Shown: piece by piece, positions 1 to 7,997 of the stretch | Layout: each line of letters opens with the position of its first letter | Position numbering within the stretch: position 1 is the first letter of the stretch | Source of the DNA: Gemmata obscuriglobus | GTDB taxonomy: Bacteria > Planctomycetota > Planctomycetia > Gemmatales > Gemmataceae | Length of the DNA stretch: 32,000 nt | NCBI RefSeq assembly: GCF_008065095.1 | Contig: NZ_CP042911.1 | Span: 4,410,001-4,442,000 of the forward strand | Reading direction: 5' to 3' | The notes under the pieces: model-generated | The model's input: the letters and a program-made list of their open reading frames with translations, nothing else | Told to the model about the DNA's origin: nothing | The model's database searches: none | Translations under genes and position numbers: made by a program

Positions 1-3000
1 GGCATGGGCGGCATGGGCGGTGGGTTCCCGCCCGGCCCGTCGATGGGGGGCGACCCCGCAATGCTCCCGCCCGGCGACCCGTCCGCCGGCGGTGGCGCGG
101 CGGTGCCGTTCGCGGAACAGCGGGTGCACGTGTTCGGCTGGGACGACTGGAAGCAGACCAACACGCCCGCCGGCCCGCGCATGGTGAGCGCCAGCGGGAA
201 GCGGTCGCTCACACTCGAGTCGTTCCAGCGGTTGAGTTCCCGGACCCGCGCGGGCGGCGCGCTGCCGAAGGCCCGGGGCGCCGGCCCGGCCCCGGTGCGG
301 GCGCCCGCACCGCCCCAGGCGCCCGCCGCGCCGGAGCCCCCGGCCGCGCCGAAACCGCCCGCGTCGCCCGTGGCGCCGGCCGCTCCGACGCCCGCCTCCG
401 TTGCTCCCGCGCCGACGACCGCCCGGGGCGCGCTCGCCGCCCGGCGGGCCGCGGCCGCGGCGGGGCGGGGCGCGAAGGCGGCGGCGCGGACGGCCGGGGA
501 CGCGGCCGCGCTCGGGCTGGCCGGCGGGTCGTCCACGGTCCAGGGCGCGGGGTGGGCCGCCGAGAAGCTGGGGCAGGCGATCCGCCGGGTGCCGCTCCTC
601 GACTCCGTCGGCGCGCCCCTCGAGCGGTTCGGCAAGGCGCTCAAGGACGAGGCCCGCTCGATCGCCATCCAGGCCATGATCCGCGGGCAGAAGGGCGCGG
701 CCACCCGGAAGGCGGTCAAGCGGGTGCTCAAGGCCGCGGCCCCGGACTTCTACCGCAACTACAAGATCCACGGGCTGGGCAAGGCGCTGGTGATGGAGGC
801 CGGCACCCTGGCGCTGTCGTTCACCCTCGGCACCGCGGCCGTCGGCGGGGCGCTGGCCCTGGCCGGGCTCGCGGGCGCCCCCGGCGTCGCGGGGCTGGCC
901 GTCGGCACCGTCGCGGGCAAGGGCCTGACCGCGACCGCGCTCCTCGGGGCCGGGGCGAAAACGTACCTGTCCGGGGCCGTGTCCGGGATCATCCGCAAGG
1001 CGGTCCAGGCGCCGTTCTACGGCCGCTGGAACAACCTCCGCGGCACGCGCGGGGCGGGGACCGCGGTGCGCAAGGCGGACGCCGCGATGGAGGCCCGCCG
1101 CGCCCAGGACCTGGGCACCAACACCGGCGGGCTGCTCTCCCGCGCGAAGCGCGCCCTCTTGCTCAAGACCCGCGGGCCGAAGGCGGTGGCCCGCGCGGAG
1201 GCCCGGGCCAAGTTGAAGGCCGCCCGGGCGGGCATGGTGGCCGGGCCGAGCGCGGCCGTGGGCGCCGCCCGCAACGCGAACAACCGGGCCGGCGGGCGGG
1301 ACTTCTACCGCGGCCCGGGGCAGGCGTCGCAGCGGAAGTTCTTCGCCGAGGCCGCCGGCGACGACCCGCTCGGGTTCGTGGTCGCGTTCCGCGAGCAGGC
1401 CGAACGCGCGATCGGCCGCCCGGTGGACCTGACCGACGAGCAGCTCGCGGCGCTGCTGGCGGACCTGCTCGAGTACCTGGACGAGGCGACCGCCGCGGCG
1501 CTCGACGAGGACGCGCCCCCGCAGGCCGAGTCGTTCGCCGAGCGGGCGGCGGAGCAGGGGCTCGAATGGGCCGTGTTCGGGTGGCAGCCGGCGCGGACCC
1601 GGTCCGGGGGCGTGAAGGCCGTCGGTACCGCGGAGCATCAGGGGCAGGTTCTTTATGGGGACAGGGCCCGGGCCGCGCTCGAGCGCCAGGCCGGCGTCGG
1701 CCGCCGGGCCACGGCCCCGCGGACCCTGACGTTCGAGACCGTCGGCCCGCGCGGGGGCGTGAAGCGCACGGTCGAGCGCGGCGTGAGCCCGGAGCGGGCG
1801 CGCGAGGTGGTCGCCCAGCAGGCCCGCCGCGACGCCCAGGACGGCCCCGCGGACCCGCGTGCCCCGCGGCTCGTGAAGATCAACCGGACCCGGATCCGCA
1901 AGGCCGTCACCGCGCAGGCCGCCGAACTCGCCCCGGCCGCCGCCCGGGCGGGGAGCGATCCCGCCGCGGCCGCGAAGGTGGCCGACGCCGGGAAGCAGGC
2001 GGTGACGCACGCCGCGGCCGAGTTGAAGAAGCTCGGGCCGCTCCCGGAGGCCGTGCGGCCCGTCATCCGGTCCACGTGGCTCGACGCCGCCCGGGGCATG
2101 CCGAAGGGCCAGCGCAAAGAGGTCGGCAACCTGCTGGAGGACACGCTCGGCCGGGACGTGGACGCGGCCGGGGACCTCGCGCTCAAGCTCGGCGGGTACC
2201 TCGCCAAGCTGCCCGCGGGCGGCGCGAAGCTGGTGGTCGGGGCGCTGGGGCGGTTCGCCGGCGGGCTGGTGCGGGCGGCGGTCAAGGCCCCGCGGACCGC
2301 CAAGCGGCTGGCCGGCGAGGTGGTGGGCGACGTCGTTCGTGCCGGCGCCCACGACCGGCAGACCGCCTCGAACCTGATCTCCGGGGCCGCCGGGGCGGTG
2401 ACCGCGGCGGGCCGGGCCGCGCTGGCCGTGCCCCGCACCCTGGCCGGGCACGCGGCCGACGCCGCCGTGTCCACCGCCGTCGGCACGGGCCAGGGGCTGC
2501 TGGCGCTCGCCCGCGAAACCCTGCGGCTCACCCCGAAGGCGGTCCGGGCCGGCTGGGGCGCGGCCAAATGGCTGGCGAACTCGCGCCTCGGGCGGGCGGC
2601 CCGGCCGTTCCTGTGGTGGGGCGCGGCGCTGGTGGGCGGGGCCGCCGTGATGGCCGCGCCGGTGCTGGCCGCCGGGGCCGGGCTGATCCCGCCGCTGGCC
2701 GGGTTCCTCGCCGCCCCCGCGGCGGTCGCGGGCACCGTGTACCTGGGCCGCAAGATCGGGCGCAAGGCCGCCGACGCCGGGATGCGGGCCACCGGGAACG
2801 ACGAGGTGGTGCCCCACTCCGAGCGGGTGCACGCGTTCGCGTGGCACGAGTGGACCCGGCAGGGCGACCGGATGGTGTCGCCGGGCGGCAAGCGGTCGCT
2901 CACCCTGGACGCGTTCCAGAAGCTCAGCGCGCGCCGCGGCGGCACCCCGGCTCCGGGGGCCGCGGGGGTGCGGGCGCCCGCACCGGGCCGGTCGCCGTTC

Positions 3001-4089
3001 GCGCCGCCGGCGAGCCCGCAGCCCGGGCGGGTGTACCAGGTCGCGCCCGGGCGGGTGGCGGTGGACCCGGGCCGGTTCCAGTTCAAGCTCAACACCAACG
3101 CCCGGGGCGTCGGCACCGAGCTCGCGCACGTGACCACGTTCGACCCGGAGCTGGCGGGCGTGCTGGCGGTCTGGAAGGACCCGGCCGACGGGCGGACGTA
3201 CGTGGTGAACGGGCACCACCGGCTCGACCTCGCGAACCGCACCGGCGCCCGCGACGTGAGCGTCCGGTACGTGACCGCGAAAACGGCGGAAGAGGCCCGG
3301 GCCAAGGGGGCGCTGATCAACATCGCCGAGGGCCGGGGCACCGCGGTGGACGCGGCCAAGTTCCTGCGCGACACGGGCCGCTCGGCCGCCGACCTCGCGG
3401 CCGCCGGGATCTCGCTCAAGGGGCAGGTGGCGCGGGACGCCGCCGACCTGGTGAAGCTCGCCCCGGACCTGTTCCGCCAGGTGGCCCACGGGTCCCTCGA
3501 CCCGGACCGCGCGGCCGCGGTGGCCCGGCACCTGGACGACCACCTGGACCAGCAGCGGCTCCTGTCGGCGCTGGCCAAGCAGGAGGAGCGGACCGGGCGG
3601 CCCGCGGGCCCGCGGGTGGTCGAGGCGATGGCCCAGGAGATGCGCGACGCCCCCAAGGTGAGCCGCACGCAGGAGTCGCTGTTCGGCCCGATCGAGCAGG
3701 ACGAGAGCGTCTACTTCCACCGCGCCGAGCTGAAGGCGTACGTGCGGGCCGAGCTGGCGAAGGAGGCCAAGGACTTCCGGCTCGGGGCGAGCGTGCGCCG
3801 CGCCCAGGCCCTCGAGTCCGTGGCCGGCAACCGGCTCGCCACCGAGCAGAACCGCACGATCGCCGACCGCGCGGACGCGGCCCTCGACGACTTCGACCGC
3901 GGCGCCCGGCTCAAGGGGCCGCTCTCCGACCTCCTGAACGAGTACGCGGTGCACTATGCCGACGCCACCAACGCCGGGCGCTCCCAGCTCCGGGCCAAAA
4001 CCCTCGCCGCAGTGCGAAACGTGCTATCCGGCAGCGACCCCGGAGCAGCTCCGGTCGTGGCGAAGCGAGGTCCGGGACTTTTTGACTGA
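1..4089 (+). CDS. Large (>1361 aa, 5' partial) low-complexity virion-associated protein with Ala/Gly-rich TM-like segments and a C-terminal ParB/Srx-like nuclease domain. Candidate internal/ejected 'polyvalent' protein.
   Basis: The frame is open from nt 1 and has G/C-rich third codon positions. There are two copies of a W-rich motif (nt 112-240 and 2821-2934). Long hydrophobic Ala/Gly stretches include ALVMEAGTLALSFTLGTAAVGGALALAGLAG and FLWWGAALVGGAAVMAAPVLAAGAG. The ParB-like block lies at 3031-3330. The gene sits directly upstream of the MuF-like gene. Confidence 0.75.
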   Translation, partial: GMGGMGGGFPPGPSMGGDPAMLPPGDPSAGGGAAVPFAEQRVHVFGWDDWKQTNTPAGPRMVSASGKRSLTLESFQRLSSRTRAGGALPKARGAGPAPVRAPAPPQAPAAPEPPAAPKPPASPVAPAAPTPASVAPAPTTARGALAARRAAAAAGRGAKAAARTAGDAAALGLAGGSSTVQGAGWAAEKLGQAIRRVPLLDSVGAPLERFGKALKDEARSIAIQAMIRGQKGAATRKAVKRVLKAAAPDFYRNYKIHGLGKALVMEAGTLALSFTLGTAAVGGALALAGLAGAPGVAGLAVGTVAGKGLTATALLGAGAKTYLSGAVSGIIRKAVQAPFYGRWNNLRGTRGAGTAVRKADAAMEARRAQDLGTNTGGLLSRAKRALLLKTRGPKAVARAEARAKLKAARAGMVAGPSAAVGAARNANNRAGGRDFYRGPGQASQRKFFAEAAGDDPLGFVVAFREQAERAIGRPVDLTDEQLAALLADLLEYLDEATAAALDEDAPPQAESFAERAAEQGLEWAVFGWQPARTRSGGVKAVGTAEHQGQVLYGDRARAALERQAGVGRRATAPRTLTFETVGPRGGVKRTVERGVSPERAREVVAQQARRDAQDGPADPRAPRLVKINRTRIRKAVTAQAAELAPAAARAGSDPAAAAKVADAGKQAVTHAAAELKKLGPLPEAVRPVIRSTWLDAARGMPKGQRKEVGNLLEDTLGRDVDAAGDLALKLGGYLAKLPAGGAKLVVGALGRFAGGLVRAAVKAPRTAKRLAGEVVGDVVRAGAHDRQTASNLISGAAGAVTAAGRAALAVPRTLAGHAADAAVSTAVGTGQGLLALARETLRLTPKAVRAGWGAAKWLANSRLGRAARPFLWWGAALVGGAAVMAAPVLAAGAGLIPPLAGFLAAPAAVAGTVYLGRKIGRKAADAGMRATGNDEVVPHSERVHAFAWHEWTRQGDRMVSPGGKRSLTLDAFQKLSARRGGTPAPGAAGVRAPAPGRSPFAPPASPQPGRVYQVAPGRVAVDPGRFQFKLNTNARGVGTELAHVTTFDPELAGVLAVWKDPADGRTYVVNGHHRLDLANRTGARDVSVRYVTAKTAEEARAKGALINIAEGRGTAVDAAKFLRDTGRSAADLAAAGISLKGQVARDAADLVKLAPDLFRQVAHGSLDPDRAAAVARHLDDHLDQQRLLSALAKQEERTGRPAGPRVVEAMAQEMRDAPKVSRTQESLFGPIEQDESVYFHRAELKAYVRAELAKEAKDFRLGASVRRAQALESVAGNRLATEQNRTIADRADAALDDFDRGARLKGPLSDLLNEYAVHYADATNAGRSQLRAKTLAAVRNVLSGSDPGAAPVVAKRGPGLFD
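3031..3330 (+). other. ParB/sulfiredoxin-like nuclease domain inside the large protein
   Basis: Sequence VYQVAPGRVAVDPGRFQFK...LAGVLAVWKDPADGRTYVVNGHHRLDLA...VSVRYV. The V(V/I)-x-GHHR signature (GHHR codons 3211-3222) and the preceding 'I-x-V-D-P' style strand resemble ParB N-terminal/Srx domains, from memory of the family. Confidence 0.6.
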
Positions 4090-5005
4090 CGGCGCCGGAC
4101 TTTCGGCTTCTCGAAATTCCGAAACGTCGGCGTTCGCGCGGTTCGCGGAGGGGGACGCGTTCGCCCCCGCGGGGCCGGACGGCGCCCGGGCCGCGCAGCT
4201 CCTGGCCCGCGCCCGGGCCGACGGGGCCGAGGTGTTCGCCACGGCCAGCGAGTCGGCGGTGCGGCGGCTGCTCGCCTCGGGGGACCCGCTCGGGGCGCCG
4301 GTGCTGTTCGACGACCAGGAGCTCGGGCAGATCGCCGAGGCCCTGGCGCGGTGCGTGGCCAGCGCCGACCTGATGGGCCGCGCGCGGATCCGCCGGCGGG
4401 CCGAGATGGCCGAGCGGGTGGCGTTCGCGGACGCCGGCACCGACGACCCGTTCCACGACTTCGCCGACGCGGTCCCGGTGCTCGAACCGACGACGGCGCT
4501 CGAGTACTTCCGCCGCCTCGTGCCGACGCTGGGCGGGGGGACGGCGCGGTACGGCGCCAAGCTCGACCGGCACGCGTTCACGCTCGCGGTGGCGTCGGAT
4601 CAGACGGTACTCGAGAAGGTCAAGGCGGCGATCCTGAAGCAACTGCAAACGGGGGCGGGCGCGGTGCCGGACGTCGAGCAGGTCCTCGACGACGCCGGCG
4701 TGTCGGTGGCGAACCCGCAGTACGCGGACATGGTCGTGCGGACCAACGTGCTCGACGCGTACAACCAGGGCGCCCAGGACGAGATCGCGGACCCGGACAT
4801 GCAGGAGCGGTTCCCGGCCTGGGAGTACCTGGGGATCCTCGACGACCGGACCGGCGACGACCACCGTCCCAAGATCGGCAAGTACTTCCCGACGAGCGTC
4901 CCGTTCGCCGCGGTGCGCGGCTCGCGGGTGTGGAACTGCCGGTGCAGCTTCGCCCCGGTGTCGAAGCACCTGATGAGCGGGATCCGTGTGGAAAGGAGCT
5001 GGTAG
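4082..5005 (+). CDS. Phage head morphogenesis protein, MuF / SPP1 gp7 family
   Basis: The C-terminal signature FPAWEYLGILDDRTGDDHRPKIGKYFP...VWNCRCSFAPV matches the MuF/gp7 motif (D-x-R-T...H...G...F...CRC...P). The start is uncertain. The first ATG (3956) overlaps the upstream gene by 134 nt and encodes P/S/T-rich off-frame-looking residues. TTG 4082 overlaps the upstream stop (TTGACTGA) and is my preferred start. Confidence 0.9.
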   Translation: MTDGAGLSASRNSETSAFARFAEGDAFAPAGPDGARAAQLLARARADGAEVFATASESAVRRLLASGDPLGAPVLFDDQELGQIAEALARCVASADLMGRARIRRRAEMAERVAFADAGTDDPFHDFADAVPVLEPTTALEYFRRLVPTLGGGTARYGAKLDRHAFTLAVASDQTVLEKVKAAILKQLQTGAGAVPDVEQVLDDAGVSVANPQYADMVVRTNVLDAYNQGAQDEIADPDMQERFPAWEYLGILDDRTGDDHRPKIGKYFPTSVPFAAVRGSRVWNCRCSFAPVSKHLMSGIRVERSW

Positions 5006-5007
5006 CC

Positions 5008-5196
5008 GTGGTCGATCCGCACTGGACGCCAACGCCGGACAACGTGAACGCCCTCCCGGAACCCGTGCGGCGGTACATCCACGATTTGGAGACGCGGTGC
5101 GATCCCGCGGGCGACGTGCGGGCGCTGAGCCTGCTGACGGACGAGAACGCCATGCTCCGGGCCAAGATCCAAGAGATGAGGGAGCAACGCCCATGA
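5008..5196 (+). CDS. Small hypothetical protein (62 aa), coiled-coil C-terminus
   Basis: GTG 5008 lies 3 nt after the MuF stop, with GAAAGGAG about 10 nt upstream. The stop overlaps the next ATG (ATGA at 5193-5196). G/C-rich third codon positions. No recognisable family. Confidence 0.55.
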   Translation: MVDPHWTPTPDNVNALPEPVRRYIHDLETRCDPAGDVRALSLLTDENAMLRAKIQEMREQRP

Positions 5197-6239
5197 ACCG
5201 CACCGTACAGCACCCGCTGCTCCGCGCCTCGAACCTGCTCGTGCACTGCTTTGCCGCTGTCAAGTGGCAGCAGATCGACGGGGGCAAGTGGAAATCGGCC
5301 GGAGGCAGGGTCTTATCCAACGAGGCCTACCAGCGCCACCAGCAGCGGGTCGGTAGCCGCGAGGCGAAGGGCGGGGCAAAAAAGGCCCCGGCGCCAAAGG
5401 GTGCGGCGCCGAAGCCGTCCGCCTCAGAGGCCGCGCCCGCCGGCTGGCCCACGGGAACGGCCGCCTGGGCGGCGCCGGAGGGCGGCAGCGCGCCCGCCGG
5501 CCCCCGGGCCATCGCCGCCCCCGCGAAGAGGAAGAAGAAAACGCGGTCCGGGGACCCGTCCGCCGCGGCGAACCGGGCCGCGTACGACCGGGTCCGGGCG
5601 GGCGGCCAGAGGCTCGGGCCGTACGCCGCGGACGTCGACTACACCCGGCCGATCACGCCGCCGGTGAAGGCCCCGCCGCTGCCCGGCGGTCAGAAGCTCC
5701 CGGACCCGACGCCCGCGGAGAGCGCGTACATCACCGCCCAGCACGGCCGGGACAAGCAGCGGTTCGGCGCGAAGGTGGCCGACTTCCTGAAGAAGGCCAC
5801 GGCCGGGGCGGTGGGCATCCTCGCCGGGCTCAACGGGATGGCGTGGGGCGCGATCGCCGGCAGTGCCCTGGGCGGCCCGCTCGGGCTCGCGCTCGGCACC
5901 GCCGTCGGGGGCGGGCTCGGCGGGAAGCTCGGGGCTTGGGGCGGGAAGAAGATCCTCAAGGCGGCCAAGCGGCCCGCCAAAGGGGGGAAGCGGGCCGGGT
6001 TCGCCGAGGCCCAGCCCGCGGACCTCGACCCGGTCCCGCTCATCAAGGCCCGGATCCGCGCCCTGCTCGCGCGTCAGGGCAAGCCGTCGGACATCCCGAT
6101 CGACGACGAGCCGATCCTGGCGGCCCTCGCACTGGCCGCCCAGGACGACGACGCGCAGGAGCGAGCCGCGGCGCTCGCCCGGATGGCCGAACCGGTCCGG
6201 GGACTGGTGGGCGCTTCGCGGAGGGTACGCCGTGCCTGA
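5193..6239 (+). CDS. Hypothetical low-complexity protein with a glycine-zipper TM-like segment
   Basis: ATG 5193 follows GAGGGAG. The N-terminus carries a degenerate W-motif (FAAVKWQQIDGGKWKSAGGRVLS). Lys/Pro/Ala-rich linkers are present. The glycine-zipper segment is GAVGILAGLNGMAWGAIAGSALGGPLGLALGTAVGGGLGG. No family recognised. Confidence 0.65.
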   Translation: MNRTVQHPLLRASNLLVHCFAAVKWQQIDGGKWKSAGGRVLSNEAYQRHQQRVGSREAKGGAKKAPAPKGAAPKPSASEAAPAGWPTGTAAWAAPEGGSAPAGPRAIAAPAKRKKKTRSGDPSAAANRAAYDRVRAGGQRLGPYAADVDYTRPITPPVKAPPLPGGQKLPDPTPAESAYITAQHGRDKQRFGAKVADFLKKATAGAVGILAGLNGMAWGAIAGSALGGPLGLALGTAVGGGLGGKLGAWGGKKILKAAKRPAKGGKRAGFAEAQPADLDPVPLIKARIRALLARQGKPSDIPIDDEPILAALALAAQDDDAQERAAALARMAEPVRGLVGASRRVRRA

Positions 6240-7296
6240 CCTGACCGACCTGCTCGCGCTCCGGGCGTGCGCCGCGAACGTGTGGGACGCGTTCGCCGGC
6301 TTCGACGACTGGACCCAGAAGAACACCGCCGCCGGTCTCCGCATGGTGTCGCCCAGCGGGAAGCGGTCGCTCACAGTGGAGGTGTTCAACCGGCTCAAGG
6401 GCCGCAAACCAGGTGAGAAGCGGTCCGCGCCGAAGGGGCCGAAGGCGCCCGCGGCCGGGAAGGGCGGGCCCAAACCCGGCGAGCAGGAGCGCATCCTGAC
6501 GATGAAGGCCAAGGTCGCGCGCGACTCCTACGACGCCGCGGTCCGGGCGAAGCTCCCGGCCGCCGAGCTGGAGCCGCTCCGCAAGCGGGCCGAGGCCGCC
6601 GAGGCGGAACTCAAGGCCGGGCCGAAGCCGTCGCCCACGCTCCCGGACACGAGCCTGCCCGCGGTCCCGAAGGAGGTGCCGGCGCCCGCACCCGCGGCCA
6701 AACCGAAACCCGCCCCGCCGGCGAAACCGAAGCCGCCTGCGGCGGCCCCGGAGTTCGACCCGAAGAAGAAGGTCGCGGACCCGCACGCGGTGGTGCGTCA
6801 GCCCCCGCGCGTCGGGCCGGCGCCCAAGGGGCCGGCCACGAACCGCGCCGGCGCCGCGGCGGGCCGGGTGAAAGCGGCCGCGACCGCGACGGGCGCGCCC
6901 GCGGTCCCGCCCCGGGCCGACGGCAGCCCGGACCTACCCGCGCTGAAGAAGAGCGTGGACGACGGCATCACCACCGGCCGCGCGCTGGGGTGGAACTACG
7001 AAACGACCGCGGCCCGGGCCGCTCTGAAAGCCGCGGAAAAGCAGATCGACGATTACGCCCGGAAGTTCCCGCGGAGGCTGGCCCCGCTCGCGCGCGAGGT
7101 GACGGGCGAGGCCCCGGACTCGACCCAGGACGCGGTGAAGAAGCTCAAGGCCTGGGTGGGCGAGACGCTCGACCTGCTCGACCCGGGCGCACGAGCGAAG
7201 GGGCGCACGGCCCACATGAGCGAGCGGGCCGTGCTCGCGGAACTGCGCGGGCGCTTGGTAGGCGTGCGGGCGCTGTGCCGGGCGCTGGCGGGCTGA
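6232..7296 (+). CDS. Hypothetical protein with an N-terminal W-motif, a coiled coil and a Pro/Lys/Ala-rich linker
   Basis: GTG 6232 follows GGAGGG and overlaps the previous stop by 8 nt. Third clear copy of the W-motif (nt 6277-6405: NVWDAFAGFDDWTQKNTAAGLRMVSPSGKRSLTVEVFNRLKGR). PAPAPAAKPKPAPPAKPKPP linker. Confidence 0.65.
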   Translation: MPDLTDLLALRACAANVWDAFAGFDDWTQKNTAAGLRMVSPSGKRSLTVEVFNRLKGRKPGEKRSAPKGPKAPAAGKGGPKPGEQERILTMKAKVARDSYDAAVRAKLPAAELEPLRKRAEAAEAELKAGPKPSPTLPDTSLPAVPKEVPAPAPAAKPKPAPPAKPKPPAAAPEFDPKKKVADPHAVVRQPPRVGPAPKGPATNRAGAAAGRVKAAATATGAPAVPPRADGSPDLPALKKSVDDGITTGRALGWNYETTAARAALKAAEKQIDDYARKFPRRLAPLAREVTGEAPDSTQDAVKKLKAWVGETLDLLDPGARAKGRTAHMSERAVLAELRGRLVGVRALCRALAG

Positions 7297-7393
7297 TCTC
7301 ACGGTCGGCGCCGCGGTTAGTCGCATCGCGACGACAGCTGTCGAGGTGCGGTCGCCCTTGAGGTCGAGACCGCCGTTTGACTCGGTACGACCC

Positions 7394-7828
7394 TCACTTG
7401 GGTTTGACCCGCTCGTAAGTGTACATCACCTCGCCCTCGGCTTCCGTTTTGAACTCCGTCGGTCGGTCCCCGCCGGCACGGAACACGGCCTTCATCTGAT
7501 CGCCGTTCAACTCATAAATGCCCTTATCGGTGCGGCCCCGGGCGTTCGTCACGTCGATCCATTTCGGCTTCTTCGTTGGGTCGAGCGCGATCGTTGTCTT
7601 CAGCGGCGGCAGCCCCGAGTTGGGGTCCGAAATGGAGGACTTCCCGTCCGCGGTGTACACGACAACCGACTTCGATTTGACCGCCTTTCCGCCGCTCTCG
7701 GCTTTGACGACCTTCCACTCACCTTCCAGCAATTTGAGTTCGTCCTTCACGGCCTTCGGCTGCTCTTCGCCCAAGGAAACGCAGGTGGTGAAGAGCGCCG
7801 CGAGCACGCAGAAACAAAGCCGGTTCAT
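7394..7828 (-). CDS. Secreted TIGR03067-family (Planctomycetes-specific lipocalin-like) domain protein; antisense moron 1
   Basis: Signal peptide MNRLCFCVLAALFTTCVSLG. The body LEGEWKVVKAESGGK...DPTKKPKWIDV...GIYELNGDQMK...DRPTEF matches my memory of the TIGR03067 signature. GC is visibly lower than in the flanks. Orientation is opposite to the structural operon. The longer track ORF (to 7945) has an implausible N-terminus. Confidence 0.8.
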   Translation of the reverse strand: MNRLCFCVLAALFTTCVSLGEEQPKAVKDELKLLEGEWKVVKAESGGKAVKSKSVVVYTADGKSSISDPNSGLPPLKTTIALDPTKKPKWIDVTNARGRTDKGIYELNGDQMKAVFRAGGDRPTEFKTEAEGEVMYTYERVKPK

Positions 7829-7921
7829 CAGAGCCCTCACGTGGTGGGTGGTGCTTCGGGTCCGAGGACGCAATGGCGATTTAGTTAGAGCAAACGAAGG
7901 AGTGATGAGAGCCGACGCGTT

Positions 7922-7954
7922 GCCGCACCGATTGGTGCGGCCCAACTCTTTTTT
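7922..7954 (+). terminator. Hairpin plus T6 tract (intrinsic-terminator-like on the + strand)
   Basis: GCCGCACC (7922-7929), GATT loop, GGTGCGGC (7934-7941), then a T6 run at 7949-7954. It lies just upstream of 21-nt box copy 1. It could stop + strand read-through that runs antisense across the moron. Confidence 0.3.
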
Positions 7955-7961
7955 GGTCTTC

Positions 7962-7989
7962 TTTCATCCGGGCAACCCTCCCGCGCACA
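7962..7989 (+). promoter_or_regulatory. Conserved 21-nt box, copy 1 (TTTCATCCGGGCAACCCTCCC, plus conserved tail GCGCACA)
   Basis: One of four co-oriented copies. The CAT of the box is 33 nt upstream of ATG 7998. Function unknown; see findings. Confidence 0.6.
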
Positions 7990-7997
7990 GTGGGGGC

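Noticed and set aside
3956-4081. ATG 3956 as the start of the MuF-like gene
   Set aside because: It would overlap the upstream gene by 134 nt, and the first about 45 residues (MPTPPTPGAPSSGPKPSPQ...) look like off-frame translation. It is kept only as an alternative or a possible recoding scenario.
552-4085. 1177-aa + strand ORF overlapping the first gene, together with the 671-aa - strand ORF 1653..3668
   Set aside because: The translations are Arg/Gly/Pro-rich with no structure and are typical shadow frames of a 70% GC coding region. The frame starting at nt 1 has G/C-rich third codon positions and recognisable motifs.
7971-7986. Sigma54 (-24 GG / -12 GC) or ECF (GCAAC-N16-CGT) promoter reading of the box
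   Set aside because: The GGGCAAC...GC spacing fits sigma54 only in copy 1 and shifts by 1-2 nt in copies 2 and 3, whereas sigma54 spacing is strict. No conserved CGT-type -10 follows GCAAC at 16-17 nt in any copy.
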